A stretch of DNA of 63,999 bases, counting the filler. It is 5 parts of 5 records of this genome, joined end to end, with 100 filler letters (N's around TTAATTAATTAA, not from the genome) between each part and the next. Parts side by side here need not be neighbours in the genome. Positions count along the whole stretch, not along the records: positions 22,971 to 50,095 come from DRR723986_3085; 4 more parts are not named here. One strand, given 5' to 3'. Every line of letters starts with the position of its first letter. Within the stretch, counting starts at the first letter, position 1. The position numbers were made by a program, and so were the translations under genes. Shown one piece after another: positions 38,274-48,720 of the stretch. The notes below the pieces were generated by a model that was given only the letters and a program-made list of their open reading frames with translations, did not search any database and was not told the origin of the DNA.

Positions 38274-38990
38274 TCAGCGAATGCCTTCCCAAAGGCTAGA
38301 GCCGATGCGAACCATGGTGCTTCCCTCGGCGATTGCCTCACGGAAATCGCCACTCATCCCCATCGATAGATTGCCCAGGGTTACATCGGTGCCGAGCTTT
38401 TGCTGCAGTTGATCTCGGAGGTTTCGAATCTTTTCAAACTCTCCACGTGCAACTTCAACGCTGGCTCCGAGTGTCGTCATGCCCATGAGCCCCGTCAGTT
38501 TGATTCCAGGAAGCGCAAGGATTTGTTCGGCGAGGATGCCCGCATCGTCGGCGGTCGCACCCGTTTTCTGGGCGTCTTGAGTTACGTTGACTTCCAGCAG
38601 GCACTCTAACGTCCTTTCGGCCTGGCATGCAGCCTCACTGACCGCTTTGGCCAAGCGGAGCGAATCCAGTGAGTGCAAGCAAGTGATCTGCGGCAGTGTT
38701 CGAGCGACCTTGTTACGTTGAAGGTGCCCGATCATGTGGATTTCGACGTCAGCCCCTTGCCGCTGAGCCTCATCGGCAACCTCCCAAAGGTGCTGTGGGC
38801 GGTTTTCTCCAAGGATCCTGCAACCCGCCTGGGCGAGCAGCAGGGCTGTCTCTGGCGGAACGTACTTGCTAACTCCAACGATCAGTACGTCGCTCTCCGA
38901 ACGGCCGTTTTCCTCGCACGCGGAACGCACCTCTTCAAGGACGCGGTTCCAATTGTCTTGAACGATTTGAGTCTGATCCGAAGTATCCAC
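38274..38990 (-). CDS. yggS: YggS family PLP-binding protein (start uncertain)
   Basis: VGVSKY, GENRPQ, HMIGHLQRNK, HSLDS, LSMGMSGDF..AI.EGST.VRIGS. Confidence 0.93.
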   Translation of the reverse strand: MDTSDQTQIVQDNWNRVLEEVRSACEENGRSESDVLIVGVSKYVPPETALLLAQAGCRILGENRPQHLWEVADEAQRQGADVEIHMIGHLQRNKVARTLPQITCLHSLDSLRLAKAVSEAACQAERTLECLLEVNVTQDAQKTGATADDAGILAEQILALPGIKLTGLMGMTTLGASVEVARGEFEKIRNLRDQLQQKLGTDVTLGNLSMGMSGDFREAIAEGSTMVRIGSSLWEGIR

Positions 38991-39257
38991 GGGGTTTGCC
39001 TGAGGGGGTGCGGAGCGGGGAGTTTCGCGAGCAGCGCGCGGCGAAAGGCTTTTGGGACTACATTCTAGGGTGCCGCCGAGCTTGTCCATGCCTCGCCAGG
39101 CCCCGTCACACGGCAAAGTTTGAATCTGAACTAGATAGTTGCCCGGCTGCGCTAGACAGTAGCCCGGCAATTCTCTGTTGGCCGCCAACCGACGTACGGC
39201 TCGGAGTGCCGTGCCACTTTTTGCAAGTTAAAAAACTTGCAGGTTCTGAGCGGGCAT

Positions 39258-39284
39258 AAAAAAAGCCCTGGTAGAAACCAGAGC
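39258..39284 (-). terminator. Intrinsic terminator after tRNA-Cys
   Basis: GCTCTGG-TTTCTA-CCAGGGC followed by T7 on minus strand. Confidence 0.75.
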
Positions 39285-39341
39285 GATTGAATCCGTCATC
39301 TGCTTCAGCATCTTGGATGCGAAGAGTTCTCAGGATCTGAG

Positions 39342-39414
39342 AGGCGTCGGTGGGAGTCGAACCCACGAATAGCGGATTTGCAATCCGCCGCCTTAGCCAC
39401 TTGGCTACGACGCC
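39342..39414 (-). tRNA. tRNA-Cys(GCA)
   Basis: GGCGTCG/CGACGCC acceptor, GCGGA-TTGCAAA-TCCGC anticodon arm, GGTTCGA T-loop. Confidence 0.97.
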
Positions 39415-39426
39415 TTCGAGTCACAC

Positions 39427-39455
39427 GTTCTAATGTGCGTACGTTAGTCAGTCAA
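39427..39455 (-). promoter_or_regulatory. Sigma70-type promoter of tRNA-Cys
   Basis: TTGACT-17 nt-TAGAAC on minus strand. Confidence 0.7.
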
Positions 39456-39981
39456 GGCTAACATTGACGATTGTATCGACGGTAACTTGCCTCCGCTTGA
39501 GCGCTTTCTGCGGACTTTTCGCAAAATACCGATTTGCAGCCATGACGCCACATATTTGCCGCGTGTCCACGATGAAGAGGGGCGTTTGAGCACTGCAAGA
39601 ACCTTGGTGCGAGACTAACCGCCCCCCGCTGAAATAACGGTCAAGGCGCTGTGCAACAATCGTGAAGCAACCGTGAAAGAACTGCGCAGCGACAATGAAG
39701 TAACGGTGCGGCGGCCCATTCGGTTAAGGGGCCTTTGGCTTCCGTTACGGCAACTCGGCTTGGCAATCTGCTTGTGCCCCGTTTTCAAGGCCGTGAGTTC
39801 ACTTATAACTGTCTGTAGATTCCGAAGTGATGAATGCCGGGCGAATTGGATCGGCTTCTGAGAATGGCAATTATGCCGCGAGAAAGCCGAAGAATCGCCG
39901 TTAGCTGGATTCCAGGAACCTTCACCTGAACCAGCGGCACGGCACAATTCAGCCCACTGACAGTTGAGACGAAAGAAGAAG

Positions 39982-41460
39982 ATGAGCGAGAAGTGCGATT
40001 TTGGCCTAATTGGCTTGGCGGTAATGGGCGAGAACTTGGCATTAAACGTGGAGAGCCGCGGCAACCGCATCGCCGTCTACAATCGCTCAACGGAGAAGGT
40101 CGACAATCTGATCAACGGTCGAGCGAAGGGTAAGAACTTCGTTGGTTGCCACTCAATCGAAGAACTTGTAGCGTCGCTGAAGAAGCCTCGCTTGGTCATG
40201 ACGCTCGTCAAAGCGGGTCCAGCCGTCGACGCCATCATCGAACAGCTCTTGCCGCACCTTGAGCCAGGTGACGTGATCATCGATGGCGGCAATGAGCACT
40301 ACACCAATACCGAACGCCGTAGTGAGTATGTCGAAAGCAAGGGGCTGCTTTTCGTTGGCACCGGTGTATCCGGTGGTGAAGAGGGAGCACTCAAGGGTCC
40401 AAGCTTGATGCCCGGCGGGTCGGAAGCTGCTTGGCCACTCGTGAAGCCGATCTTCCAGTCGATTTCAGCCAAGGTGGGACCGAACGAAGACATTCCATGC
40501 TGCGAGTGGGTTGGCCCTCGCGGCGCGGGCCACTATGTGAAGATGGTTCACAATGGCATCGAATATGGCGACATGCAACTCATTTGCGAAGCCTACCACA
40601 TCCTGAAGGAAGCGGCCGGGCTGACCAACGATGAACTTTACGATGTGTTCAACGATTGGAATAACGGCGAACTTCAAAGTTATCTGATCGAGATCACCCG
40701 TGACATTTTCAGCGCCAAAGATGATCAGCCTGATGGAGACGGGCATCTCGTCGACAAGATCCTCGACACCGCTGGTGCAAAAGGCACAGGCAAGTGGATG
40801 AGCCAATTGGCGCTCGACCTTGGAGTTCCCAGCACTCTGGTAACGACCGCCGTTTACGCTCGCGGCCTTTCGTCTGTGAAGGACGCTCGCGTTCGTGCCA
40901 GCAAGGTCCTCAGCGGTCCGGGTGAAGGCGACAATCCTGAATTTGCTTCTGCAACAAGTAACCTCGTCGGTGATCGCAAGGCGTTCATCGAGGCAGTGCG
41001 TCGTGCTCTCTATGCATCGAAGATTTGCAGCTACGCTCAAGGTTTTGTTCAGTTGCAGGCGGCCAGCGAAGAGCACAATTGGGGACTGAACTACGGCGAC
41101 TGTGCACTGCTTTGGCGGGGCGGATGCATCATCCGTGCTCAGTTCTTGGACCGAATCAAGGAAGCCTTTGACGAGAAGCCTGACCTAGAAAACCTTCTCC
41201 TCTACCCATACTTCAAGAAGATCATCGACGAGAGCCAAGCTGCTTGGCGAGCCGTCATCATGGCCGCAACTCAGCTCGGCGTACCGACCCCAGCGTTCTC
41301 AGCAGCACTTGGGTACTACGACAGCTATCGCCGCGAACGATTGCCTGCCAACCTGCTGCAAGCACAGCGTGATTACTTCGGTGCTCACACTTACAAGCGG
41401 GTCGACCGTGAAGGCACCTTCCACAGCGAATGGTTGGAACTTCGCAAGACGCCAGAATAA
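39982..41460 (+). CDS. gnd: 6-phosphogluconate dehydrogenase (decarboxylating)
   Basis: GLAVMG.NLALN, GVSGGEEGA, KMVHNGIEYGDMQ, KGTGKW, QAQRDYFGAH. Confidence 0.98.
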   Translation: MSEKCDFGLIGLAVMGENLALNVESRGNRIAVYNRSTEKVDNLINGRAKGKNFVGCHSIEELVASLKKPRLVMTLVKAGPAVDAIIEQLLPHLEPGDVIIDGGNEHYTNTERRSEYVESKGLLFVGTGVSGGEEGALKGPSLMPGGSEAAWPLVKPIFQSISAKVGPNEDIPCCEWVGPRGAGHYVKMVHNGIEYGDMQLICEAYHILKEAAGLTNDELYDVFNDWNNGELQSYLIEITRDIFSAKDDQPDGDGHLVDKILDTAGAKGTGKWMSQLALDLGVPSTLVTTAVYARGLSSVKDARVRASKVLSGPGEGDNPEFASATSNLVGDRKAFIEAVRRALYASKICSYAQGFVQLQAASEEHNWGLNYGDCALLWRGGCIIRAQFLDRIKEAFDEKPDLENLLLYPYFKKIIDESQAAWRAVIMAATQLGVPTPAFSAALGYYDSYRRERLPANLLQAQRDYFGAHTYKRVDREGTFHSEWLELRKTPE

Positions 41461-41530
41461 GTCATAGCGTTTTTCGCCCGCAAGTCACGTCGCGCTAACG
41501 TCGCCCGAATTCATTGCTATGGAGAGATCA

Positions 41531-42982
41531 ATGCCACACACGATGGTAATTTTTGGTGCGTCAGGCGACTTGACCAGTCGTAAGCTAATCCCGGCTTTAT
41601 ACAGGCTGTTTCAGCGGGGACAACTTGAGGACGGCACGCGGATTGTCGGTGTCTCCAGAAGTCCTTATTCTGACGACGCCTGGCGAGAGCAGTTAGCTGC
41701 GACGACTGAAAAGTTTGCGGGTAAGCATTTCTCCGCTGAATCTTGGGCTGACTTCGCCAAGCAGGTTCACTACTGCCCTGGCGACATCAAAGATCCCGAG
41801 GACTTCACCAAGCTTGGCCAGCGGCTGAGCGAACTGGAAGGCGGGAAATCGGCCGATCGCGTCTATTATATCGCCACCATGCCCCAGCTTTACGAGATGG
41901 CTGCAAAGCACCTGGGGGAATCAGGGCTTGCCGACGATTCGGACGGCGCACGAAGGATCGTGATCGAAAAGCCCTTCGGAACCGACTTAGCCACAGCCCG
42001 GCATCTCAACCAAGCGATCTCGACCGTCTTTCGCGAAGACCAGGTGTATCGAATTGATCATTACCTGGGCAAGGAATCTGTCCAGAACATGATGATACTC
42101 CGGTTCGGAAATTCAATTTTCGAACCACTGTGGAATCGCAACTATATCGATCATGTCCAAATCACCGTAGCCGAAGAAGTCTTGGTCGGCAGACGCGGGG
42201 ATTACTACGACGGTTCGGGAATCTTGCGAGACATGTTCCAAAACCACATCTTCCAGTTGATGATGGTTACGGCAATGGAGTGTCCGACGAAGTTCAACGC
42301 CGATCAAGTCCGCGACGAAAAGGTTAAGGTGCTTCGCGCGGTCAGGAAACTCACCGGCGCTGATTTTGCTTCCTGCGGTGTTCGTGGGCGGTACGACGGA
42401 TACCTGGAAGAAGAGGGCGTTGCTTCTGACAGCGAGACGGAGACCTTCGCGGCTCTGCGACTGCACATTGACAACTGGCGGTGGAACGGCGTGCCATTCT
42501 ACTTGCGAAGTGGCAAAGCACTCAGTTGCCGAACCACGCAGATTGTTATCGAGTTCAAGGAGCCGCCACACATGCTCTTTGGAGGCGGGAAATCGGGCTG
42601 GCCACAAGCAAATCGCTTGGTCATCCAGATCCAGCCGGCAGAGGGGATTCAGTTGCACTTCCAATCCAAAGTGCCAAACGCTGAAATGTCGATGCGACAA
42701 AGCCAGCTAGATTTTCGCTTCGACTCAGGCGGAGATTCCCTGCCGGACGCCTACCAACGCCTGCTGCAAGATGCACTTCACGGAGATGCCAGTCTCTTTG
42801 CACGCAGCGACGAAGTAGAATTGGCTTGGTCAATCATCGACCCAATCATCGCCGCTTGGCGAAGTCCGGCTGCTCCGCCGATGCACACCTACGAACCGGC
42901 TGGCTGGGGACCAATGGCATCTACCGATTGGATGTACGCCGACGGCCGCAACTGGTTTGATGTTTGCCCCGTGATTCACTAA
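41531..42982 (+). CDS. zwf: Glucose-6-phosphate 1-dehydrogenase
   Basis: FGASGDL, IEKPFG, RIDHYLGKE, RDMFQNH, YLRSGK; GGAGAG RBS. Confidence 0.98.
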   Translation: MPHTMVIFGASGDLTSRKLIPALYRLFQRGQLEDGTRIVGVSRSPYSDDAWREQLAATTEKFAGKHFSAESWADFAKQVHYCPGDIKDPEDFTKLGQRLSELEGGKSADRVYYIATMPQLYEMAAKHLGESGLADDSDGARRIVIEKPFGTDLATARHLNQAISTVFREDQVYRIDHYLGKESVQNMMILRFGNSIFEPLWNRNYIDHVQITVAEEVLVGRRGDYYDGSGILRDMFQNHIFQLMMVTAMECPTKFNADQVRDEKVKVLRAVRKLTGADFASCGVRGRYDGYLEEEGVASDSETETFAALRLHIDNWRWNGVPFYLRSGKALSCRTTQIVIEFKEPPHMLFGGGKSGWPQANRLVIQIQPAEGIQLHFQSKVPNAEMSMRQSQLDFRFDSGGDSLPDAYQRLLQDALHGDASLFARSDEVELAWSIIDPIIAAWRSPAAPPMHTYEPAGWGPMASTDWMYADGRNWFDVCPVIH

Positions 42983-43167
42983 CCTTGAACAAGCGTGTTG
43001 CACTTCACCATGCTGCACGCTTTGTCCAACTGCGCAGCTTGCTTAGCATTATTGCATTGCACTATTGGTCACGACGGCCCTTAATCAACTGAAGAATCAC
43101 CGCTCGCTGCAACTGCAAGAATCTCTTTGCAGAGATCAGCATCAGCAATGAATGACTAGGACCACCG

Positions 43168-44451
43168 ATGCTCAGCCTTGATTCAGTTGTCATTACCGGA
43201 ATCGGCTGCGTTACTCCGCTTGGGATCGGTCGCGAAGCATTCTTGAGCGGCTTGCTCAGCGGACAATCCGCCATCGAGCGTCTCTATCAGCTCGACGACG
43301 CTGACAAGACATCTCTCTTCGGTGCGCAAGTCAATGACTTTGTGGGAAAACAGTACGTTACACCAAGGAAGGCGTTGAAAGTCATGAGCCGCGAGGTTCA
43401 GATTGCGTACGCCGCCGCACAACTTGCCTGGCAAGATGCGTTCGGGGATGACTTCCAACCGGAATCGGATCGCATCGGAGTCATCTATGGCAGCGAGATG
43501 ATTCACGGTTCAATAGACGACGTCGAAGGGGCGGTGCGAGCTTGCACCGACGAAGGAAAATTCTCCAGCCAGCAATGGGGGGAGAAGTTCTCCAAGGAGA
43601 TCTTCCCTCTGTGGATGTTGAAGAATCTGCCCAACATGCCCGCTTGTCACGTTGGGATCGCCGTCGACGCGCGTGGCCCAAACAATACGATTTGTCAGGA
43701 AGAGGCCAGCGGATTGCTTGCCCTCTTGGAAGCGGAATCGATGATTCGGCGCGGGGCTGCTGACGTTGTCATCGTCGGCGCTATCGGCGCGAGGGTGTCA
43801 CCAACACGCTTGAGCTTTCGCCCCTATCCACTCTACAACCAGCATCCGGCGTCGACCGAAGGTGCCGAGTTTAGCCGTGCATTTTCGGACAAGCAGTACG
43901 GCATTTCTCCAAGTGAAGCTGGTGTTGTTCTCGTCCTTGAGTCGGCCAGACACGCCATGCAGCGTAAAGCCAACGTCTTGGCAGTCCTGAAAAGTGTTGC
44001 GAGTCGCTTCGGCGCACCAGCGCGCGAACACGCAGGCAACTCGCAAGCTATTTCCGACGCTATCACGGCGGCAATGCAGCAAGCAGAGTTGGAGCACGAA
44101 GACGTTTCCCACGTCTGCGCTCAAGGGTACGGGCACCGTGAACTTGATAGTGCCGAAGCCACTGCGATAGCAAGTGCTGCACCGGGAGTTCCGGTGACTG
44201 CAATGTCAAGCTATCTGGGTACCGCCGGCGCTGCATGTGGATTGCTGGAGTTGTCTGCCAGCTTACTCACCTCGCTCAGCAGCCGCGTCTTACCGGTGCA
44301 TGGAACCGAAAAAGCGAGTGCAGACAGTTCAATCAACGTTCTAACTGACGCAAGCGTTCCGCGGTCGAGCAGTTTCGTAAAGACGAGTTACACACCCGCC
44401 GGATTGGCGGCGGCAGCGGTGATCGAATGCAATCAGGCAGCCAGCGAATAA
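43168..44451 (+). CDS. Ketosynthase homologue lacking the catalytic triad (chain-length-factor-like)
   Basis: VVITGIG...PLG, PNMPACH, GPNNTI fold motifs; Cys/His/His sites read QEEASG, CAQGYG, LGTAGAA. Confidence 0.8.
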   Translation: MLSLDSVVITGIGCVTPLGIGREAFLSGLLSGQSAIERLYQLDDADKTSLFGAQVNDFVGKQYVTPRKALKVMSREVQIAYAAAQLAWQDAFGDDFQPESDRIGVIYGSEMIHGSIDDVEGAVRACTDEGKFSSQQWGEKFSKEIFPLWMLKNLPNMPACHVGIAVDARGPNNTICQEEASGLLALLEAESMIRRGAADVVIVGAIGARVSPTRLSFRPYPLYNQHPASTEGAEFSRAFSDKQYGISPSEAGVVLVLESARHAMQRKANVLAVLKSVASRFGAPAREHAGNSQAISDAITAAMQQAELEHEDVSHVCAQGYGHRELDSAEATAIASAAPGVPVTAMSSYLGTAGAACGLLELSASLLTSLSSRVLPVHGTEKASADSSINVLTDASVPRSSSFVKTSYTPAGLAAAAVIECNQAASE

Positions 44452-45155
44452 CGCCCGATTTTCTTACACCATTCGGCGCGACACCAGCTCAGTGTGTTTA
44501 CCTGCCTCAACAGACGGCTTGCATGCCGTTTTACTTTCCACGGTCTCGACTTACTCCCGAACAAACCGATACGGCTCTAGAGCTGGGATTTCGGCGTTCT
44601 GGCAATGCGTTTTATCGCACTGAGTGCCCCGCTTGTCAGGCCTGTGAGCCCTTACGAATTGATGTGGCCCAATTCAAACTCCGCCGAAGCCACCGGCGGC
44701 TGCTCAAGCGAGCTATCGGGAAACTTGACGTCCAGCTTGGGATTCCCGAGCTCTCACCGCAGAGGGTTGCGTTGTACAATGCACATCGGGATTCACGCGG
44801 GCTAGGCATTCATGACGATGAGATTGGCGACGATGACTACCGGTCGTTTCTAGTGAGTAGTTGCGTCGAGACGGTTGAGCTACGTGTATTGGATCAAGGA
44901 GAGCTAGTGGCGGTTTCGCTGACCGACATCGGCCGCGAAAGCATTTCTGCTGTCTATTGCTATTTTGATCCATCATACAGTTGGTACAGCCCGGGAACGC
45001 TGGCGATTTTACAGCAGATCGAATTCGCCCAGATGGCTGGCTACCGCTGGCTTTATCTTGGACTGTATGTCAAGGAAAACAGGCACCTGAATTACAAAGC
45101 CAATTTCTTGCCGCATCAGCGTAGGATCCGTGACGAGTGGGTTGACTTTTCCTGA
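44427..45155 (+). CDS. Aminoacyl-tRNA--protein transferase (ATE/Bpt family)
   Basis: CVYLP, GFRRSG..FYR..CP.C.AC..LR, SAVYCYFDP...SPG, YLGLY......YK. Confidence 0.9.
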   Translation: MQSGSQRITPDFLTPFGATPAQCVYLPQQTACMPFYFPRSRLTPEQTDTALELGFRRSGNAFYRTECPACQACEPLRIDVAQFKLRRSHRRLLKRAIGKLDVQLGIPELSPQRVALYNAHRDSRGLGIHDDEIGDDDYRSFLVSSCVETVELRVLDQGELVAVSLTDIGRESISAVYCYFDPSYSWYSPGTLAILQQIEFAQMAGYRWLYLGLYVKENRHLNYKANFLPHQRRIRDEWVDFS

Positions 45156-45316
45156 GAGCATCGTTGCTATTCTTTCTGCTGGTATGAATCATGCTATCAT
45201 CTGCATGCCGAGTTCACGCATTTGCTTAGCGAGATGTCGGCAGTGCTTATGCGACGGCAGCTTCTCGCTTCGCCGGCCGCAACTTCCACCTTTTCTCAAC
45301 ATCTGGAGACTTGATC

Positions 45317-45868
45317 ATGTTGCGATCCTTCGTTCTTGCTCTTTCACTTTGCACACTTCTTAGCGGAGCCTCGCTGGCTCAATTTCCACAGCCATCTCCA
45401 CAGCACAAGATTGTGATGCAGGACATTGGAAGCTGGGATGCTGAGGTGAAGCTTTGGATGAACGAACAGGGAGTGGCTGACGAAAGCGCGACTCCGATGG
45501 TTTCCAAGGCAAAGGAAGTCAGCCGCAAGCTTGGCGAGTTTTGGTGTGTCACAACGTTCAAGGGAGAGTTTGCTGGCATGCCTTTCGAGGGGCATTCTGT
45601 CAGCGGATACGATCCCATCAAGAAGAAGTTCGTGGCTACCTGGACCGACTCCTTCACCCCCACCGCGATGCACATGACCGGCACGTACGACGAAAAGACG
45701 AAAACCCTTACCAGTGAGACCAAGGGGATTGGCATGGACGGCAAGGAGAAGATCGGCAAGAGCACCGTCGTGTATAAGGACGAAAAGACACGCATCTTTA
45801 CCACCTACGAAATGGTCGATGGCAAGCCCGTAAAGAGCATGGAAATCACTTATACACGCACAAAGTGA
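45317..45868 (+). CDS. DUF1579 family secreted protein
   Basis: Signal peptide; P.PQH...IGSW, MPFEG...GYD..KKKFV.TW.DS, MEITY.R. Confidence 0.85.
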   Translation: MLRSFVLALSLCTLLSGASLAQFPQPSPQHKIVMQDIGSWDAEVKLWMNEQGVADESATPMVSKAKEVSRKLGEFWCVTTFKGEFAGMPFEGHSVSGYDPIKKKFVATWTDSFTPTAMHMTGTYDEKTKTLTSETKGIGMDGKEKIGKSTVVYKDEKTRIFTTYEMVDGKPVKSMEITYTRTK

Positions 45869-45890
45869 TTGCCCCACACCGGAACTCTCG

Positions 45891-45936
45891 CGGCAGTGAC
45901 TTGCTTATGCACTAGAACAGGTCAACTGCCGTTTTT
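45891..45936 (+). terminator. Probable intrinsic terminator
   Basis: CGGCAGT...ACTGCCG stem followed by TTTTT. Confidence 0.55.
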
Positions 45937-46020
45937 GTTTCGTCTCGCCACTTCTGTTTGTTCTGCTGACGCTCCCGCTTCATCGCCGATCAATAATATG
46001 GGTTTTGTAGTAGGTTACTA

Positions 46021-46734
46021 ATGTTCGACGAATGCATTATCTGCGAAAAACCTATGTTGGATTTAGGCCTCTTCGAGACCTGTTTGGATACGGTTTGCTT
46101 TCGTGAGAATCAGGGGCCTCAGATAGAGGCGGCCTACGATCGTATTTTGGACAATGAAGCGTATGGCTCTTGTCACGGGCGTTGCTTCTCCCATTCGGGG
46201 TGGTTTTCCGACTGGGAACCTATCATTCGTAATCACCTGCTTGAACAGGGATTTCAAGAGTACTTTTTTGAATCCTGCATTGTTCTTATTCCACCAAACA
46301 AAATCTACGCCGTTGTTCATTTACTCGATCAGCAGTTGATGGGAGATATCGATGGTCGCCATGTGAAAGAACTTGATTCAGCCACTGGACAAATGAGTTT
46401 CCGAACGGTCGGCGAGAAGTTCTGGCTTGAGGAACAGGCGGACCTTTTGAAAGGGTTTGAGATTCCCGGTGAGCGAATGCCGCTCAGAAGACTCACCGAC
46501 GCACTGCAAGTGACCGATCTTTATGATCCTCTAACCGTCAACGAGGGCGTCTTCCATCTAGATGCCTCAAGTGCAAGAACTTTCCGAAGCGAATATTTGT
46601 TAACTGGCACAATCGAATTCTCCGCCGTCCTTCCGCCTGAAGTTGCAAAGTTCGTATTCCCGCTTGTAAGAAATGGCCGAGCGGAGTTCGTCAGGAAGGT
46701 TCGCGAGGGCGATCGAAAAGAAGGTCTGATCTAG
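46021..46734 (+). CDS. Hypothetical protein with N-terminal Cys/His cluster
   Basis: 237-aa ORF; CIIC...CHGRC; family not recognised. Confidence 0.6.
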   Translation: MFDECIICEKPMLDLGLFETCLDTVCFRENQGPQIEAAYDRILDNEAYGSCHGRCFSHSGWFSDWEPIIRNHLLEQGFQEYFFESCIVLIPPNKIYAVVHLLDQQLMGDIDGRHVKELDSATGQMSFRTVGEKFWLEEQADLLKGFEIPGERMPLRRLTDALQVTDLYDPLTVNEGVFHLDASSARTFRSEYLLTGTIEFSAVLPPEVAKFVFPLVRNGRAEFVRKVREGDRKEGLI

Positions 46735-46740
46735 TCAACA

Positions 46741-47730
46741 GTGACTAACACACCTCATTTTTCATATTGCCCAATCCGGCAGGAGATCATAAGGGATTCC
46801 TTTGGAGAACTGGACGAAGAGTCTTTGTTCCTTTCGGTGGAAGGTCTCGTTCGGTTTCAGATCTATGTGACTGAGACTGTCGCGTTGCGCACCATCGAGG
46901 ATGGTTACCCGCAGTTCATTGTCCGAACCCTTCAAACTGGTGCGGATCGCGAAAGTCGCTATGACACTATCATTCGCCGCTTGGGACATCTGTACCCATT
47001 AGACTTCACGGAGGCAATACATTCGGTCTGTTGCCTGGCTAGTGATGAACGGCTGCAGAACGCTCCTTATTGGATCGATCGGTGGGATGACGTTCGCAAC
47101 GATCCCGATAGGATCGCTTATGTTGAAGCAAGACTAGACGATTGGTCGAATTGCGTCGAACGCCATCCTGCGGTGACTTCGATTTGTTCTGGGGAGAATT
47201 TGGTCAAGACTGATCAAGCGAGGTTGCCCGGGCTCAATTGGGCAAACGACCTTCGCTCCCTGTTCCTTAGCGATGGGCTCCGGGAGGCAGCGGGGACAAC
47301 TTGGGATATCGATCTCTACTGGCTGTCGGTCAGAGGCCTGTTGGCTATTGCGGTGCGTGCTTGCCAATTGCCCGGGAAAGCTAAGACGGACGCGGATCGG
47401 CAGTTGGTCGCGGCGGTTGAGCAATTCTGTTGCGGAAAGGGAGTATTGCCTCACATTTCGAAGCAAGATTTTGAAGCCGCTTCCGCGATATTGGGCGAGC
47501 CAATCGCGTATTTGCAACAGGCCGTCTACCTGGCTTCCGCCTTTTTGAATACCGGTAACTTGAAGACGTTAGATCGCATGGTAATTTGCGTTCGCAACGC
47601 TGTGGACTACCGCTTGAAGAGGGATGAGCTAGTAAGGTTGCTTAAGTTGCTTCGCGGTGAGGTCTTGCCGGAACTTGGATCGCCGATTCCCGCCGACTTT
47701 TTCTCGTTTCCTCCGTCCGCCGGGTCATAG
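46741..47730 (+). CDS. Hypothetical protein
   Basis: 329-aa ORF 6 nt after the previous stop; family not recognised. Confidence 0.6.
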   Translation: MTNTPHFSYCPIRQEIIRDSFGELDEESLFLSVEGLVRFQIYVTETVALRTIEDGYPQFIVRTLQTGADRESRYDTIIRRLGHLYPLDFTEAIHSVCCLASDERLQNAPYWIDRWDDVRNDPDRIAYVEARLDDWSNCVERHPAVTSICSGENLVKTDQARLPGLNWANDLRSLFLSDGLREAAGTTWDIDLYWLSVRGLLAIAVRACQLPGKAKTDADRQLVAAVEQFCCGKGVLPHISKQDFEAASAILGEPIAYLQQAVYLASAFLNTGNLKTLDRMVICVRNAVDYRLKRDELVRLLKLLRGEVLPELGSPIPADFFSFPPSAGS

Positions 47731-48720
47731 GCCGCTTGTTAAACCGATGCGCAAGGCTTGTTGGTGACCGGCCAGAAGTTGGTCGATCGTCTCAACGTCA
47801 CTCTGAGAAAGTTCCCAATCAGCGGCGGCAACGGTCTGACTGACTTGTGCAGGATTTCGCGAGCCCACAATTGCAGATGTCACCTCAGGACGCCGAAGAA
47901 CCCAGGCAATCGCAAGTTCAGCAAGAGACTTGCCGTGGCCTTCAGCGATTGGTCGCAGGCAGTCGACCAACCCGAGGTGGGCATCCAGCATTGGACTCTG
48001 GAACTCAGCATCGCGACTGCGGTGGTCACTGGCATCGAGCTCTGCGGCTCGCTGGAGTGTGAATTTTCCAGTGAGCAAGCCCTTGTACATCGGACTGTAG
48101 CAAACGACACCTATCTTCTGTTGTTCGCAGTAGGGCAACAGCTCCTTCTCGGCCTCAGCCTTCAGCATACTGTACTGAGGCTGTAATGATGCAACGGGAT
48201 GTATTGCTTCCAGCCGCTTCAATTGGCTCACGTTATGGTTCGAGACGCCAATCTCACGCACCTTGCCTGCTTGCTTGAGTTCGACAAGCGTCTGCCAACC
48301 TTCTTCAATGTCTGCGTCGGGTTCGGGCCAGTGCATTTGGTAAAGGTCGATACAGTCCACTCCCAATCGCTGCAAGCTCGCTTCGCACTCTTCGATAATG
48401 CTGTCCCGCTTAAGCACTTTGTCAATCACGTCGGCCGAACGCATAACACGCCCGCACTTGGTGGCAACGATCGGACGGCGTGATGGCCCCAGCTTCGTCA
48501 AAGCCTCTCCCACGATGGATTCAGAGACACCACCGCCGTAGACTGCAGCGGTGTCGATCCAGTTAATCCCTTGATCGACCGCAGCCACGATTGCATCGAC
48601 CGCTTCATCCTTGTCTTGTGGCCCCCAGCCGAATTTCCATGCACCGCCACCAATGGCCCATGAACCAAAGCCGATGGTCGTGAGATCCAGGTCAGTATTG
48701 CCAAGCTGTCGAGTCTGCAT
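47725..48720 (-). CDS. Aldo/keto reductase
   Basis: GFGSWAIGG, IDTAAVYG, ATKCG, IDLYQMHWP, IGVSN. Confidence 0.95.
   Translation of the reverse strand: MQTRQLGNTDLDLTTIGFGSWAIGGGAWKFGWGPQDKDEAVDAIVAAVDQGINWIDTAAVYGGGVSESIVGEALTKLGPSRRPIVATKCGRVMRSADVIDKVLKRDSIIEECEASLQRLGVDCIDLYQMHWPEPDADIEEGWQTLVELKQAGKVREIGVSNHNVSQLKRLEAIHPVASLQPQYSMLKAEAEKELLPYCEQQKIGVVCYSPMYKGLLTGKFTLQRAAELDASDHRSRDAEFQSPMLDAHLGLVDCLRPIAEGHGKSLAELAIAWVLRRPEVTSAIVGSRNPAQVSQTVAAADWELSQSDVETIDQLLAGHQQALRIGLTSGL

Noticed and set aside
6531-38990. yggS with yggT/yggU as one cluster
   Set aside because: They lie on different contigs from different organisms.
39456-39981. Long intergenic region before gnd as an ncRNA or riboswitch
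   Set aside because: No recognisable conserved motif or strong structure; short ORFs there lack support. An Rfam search would settle it.
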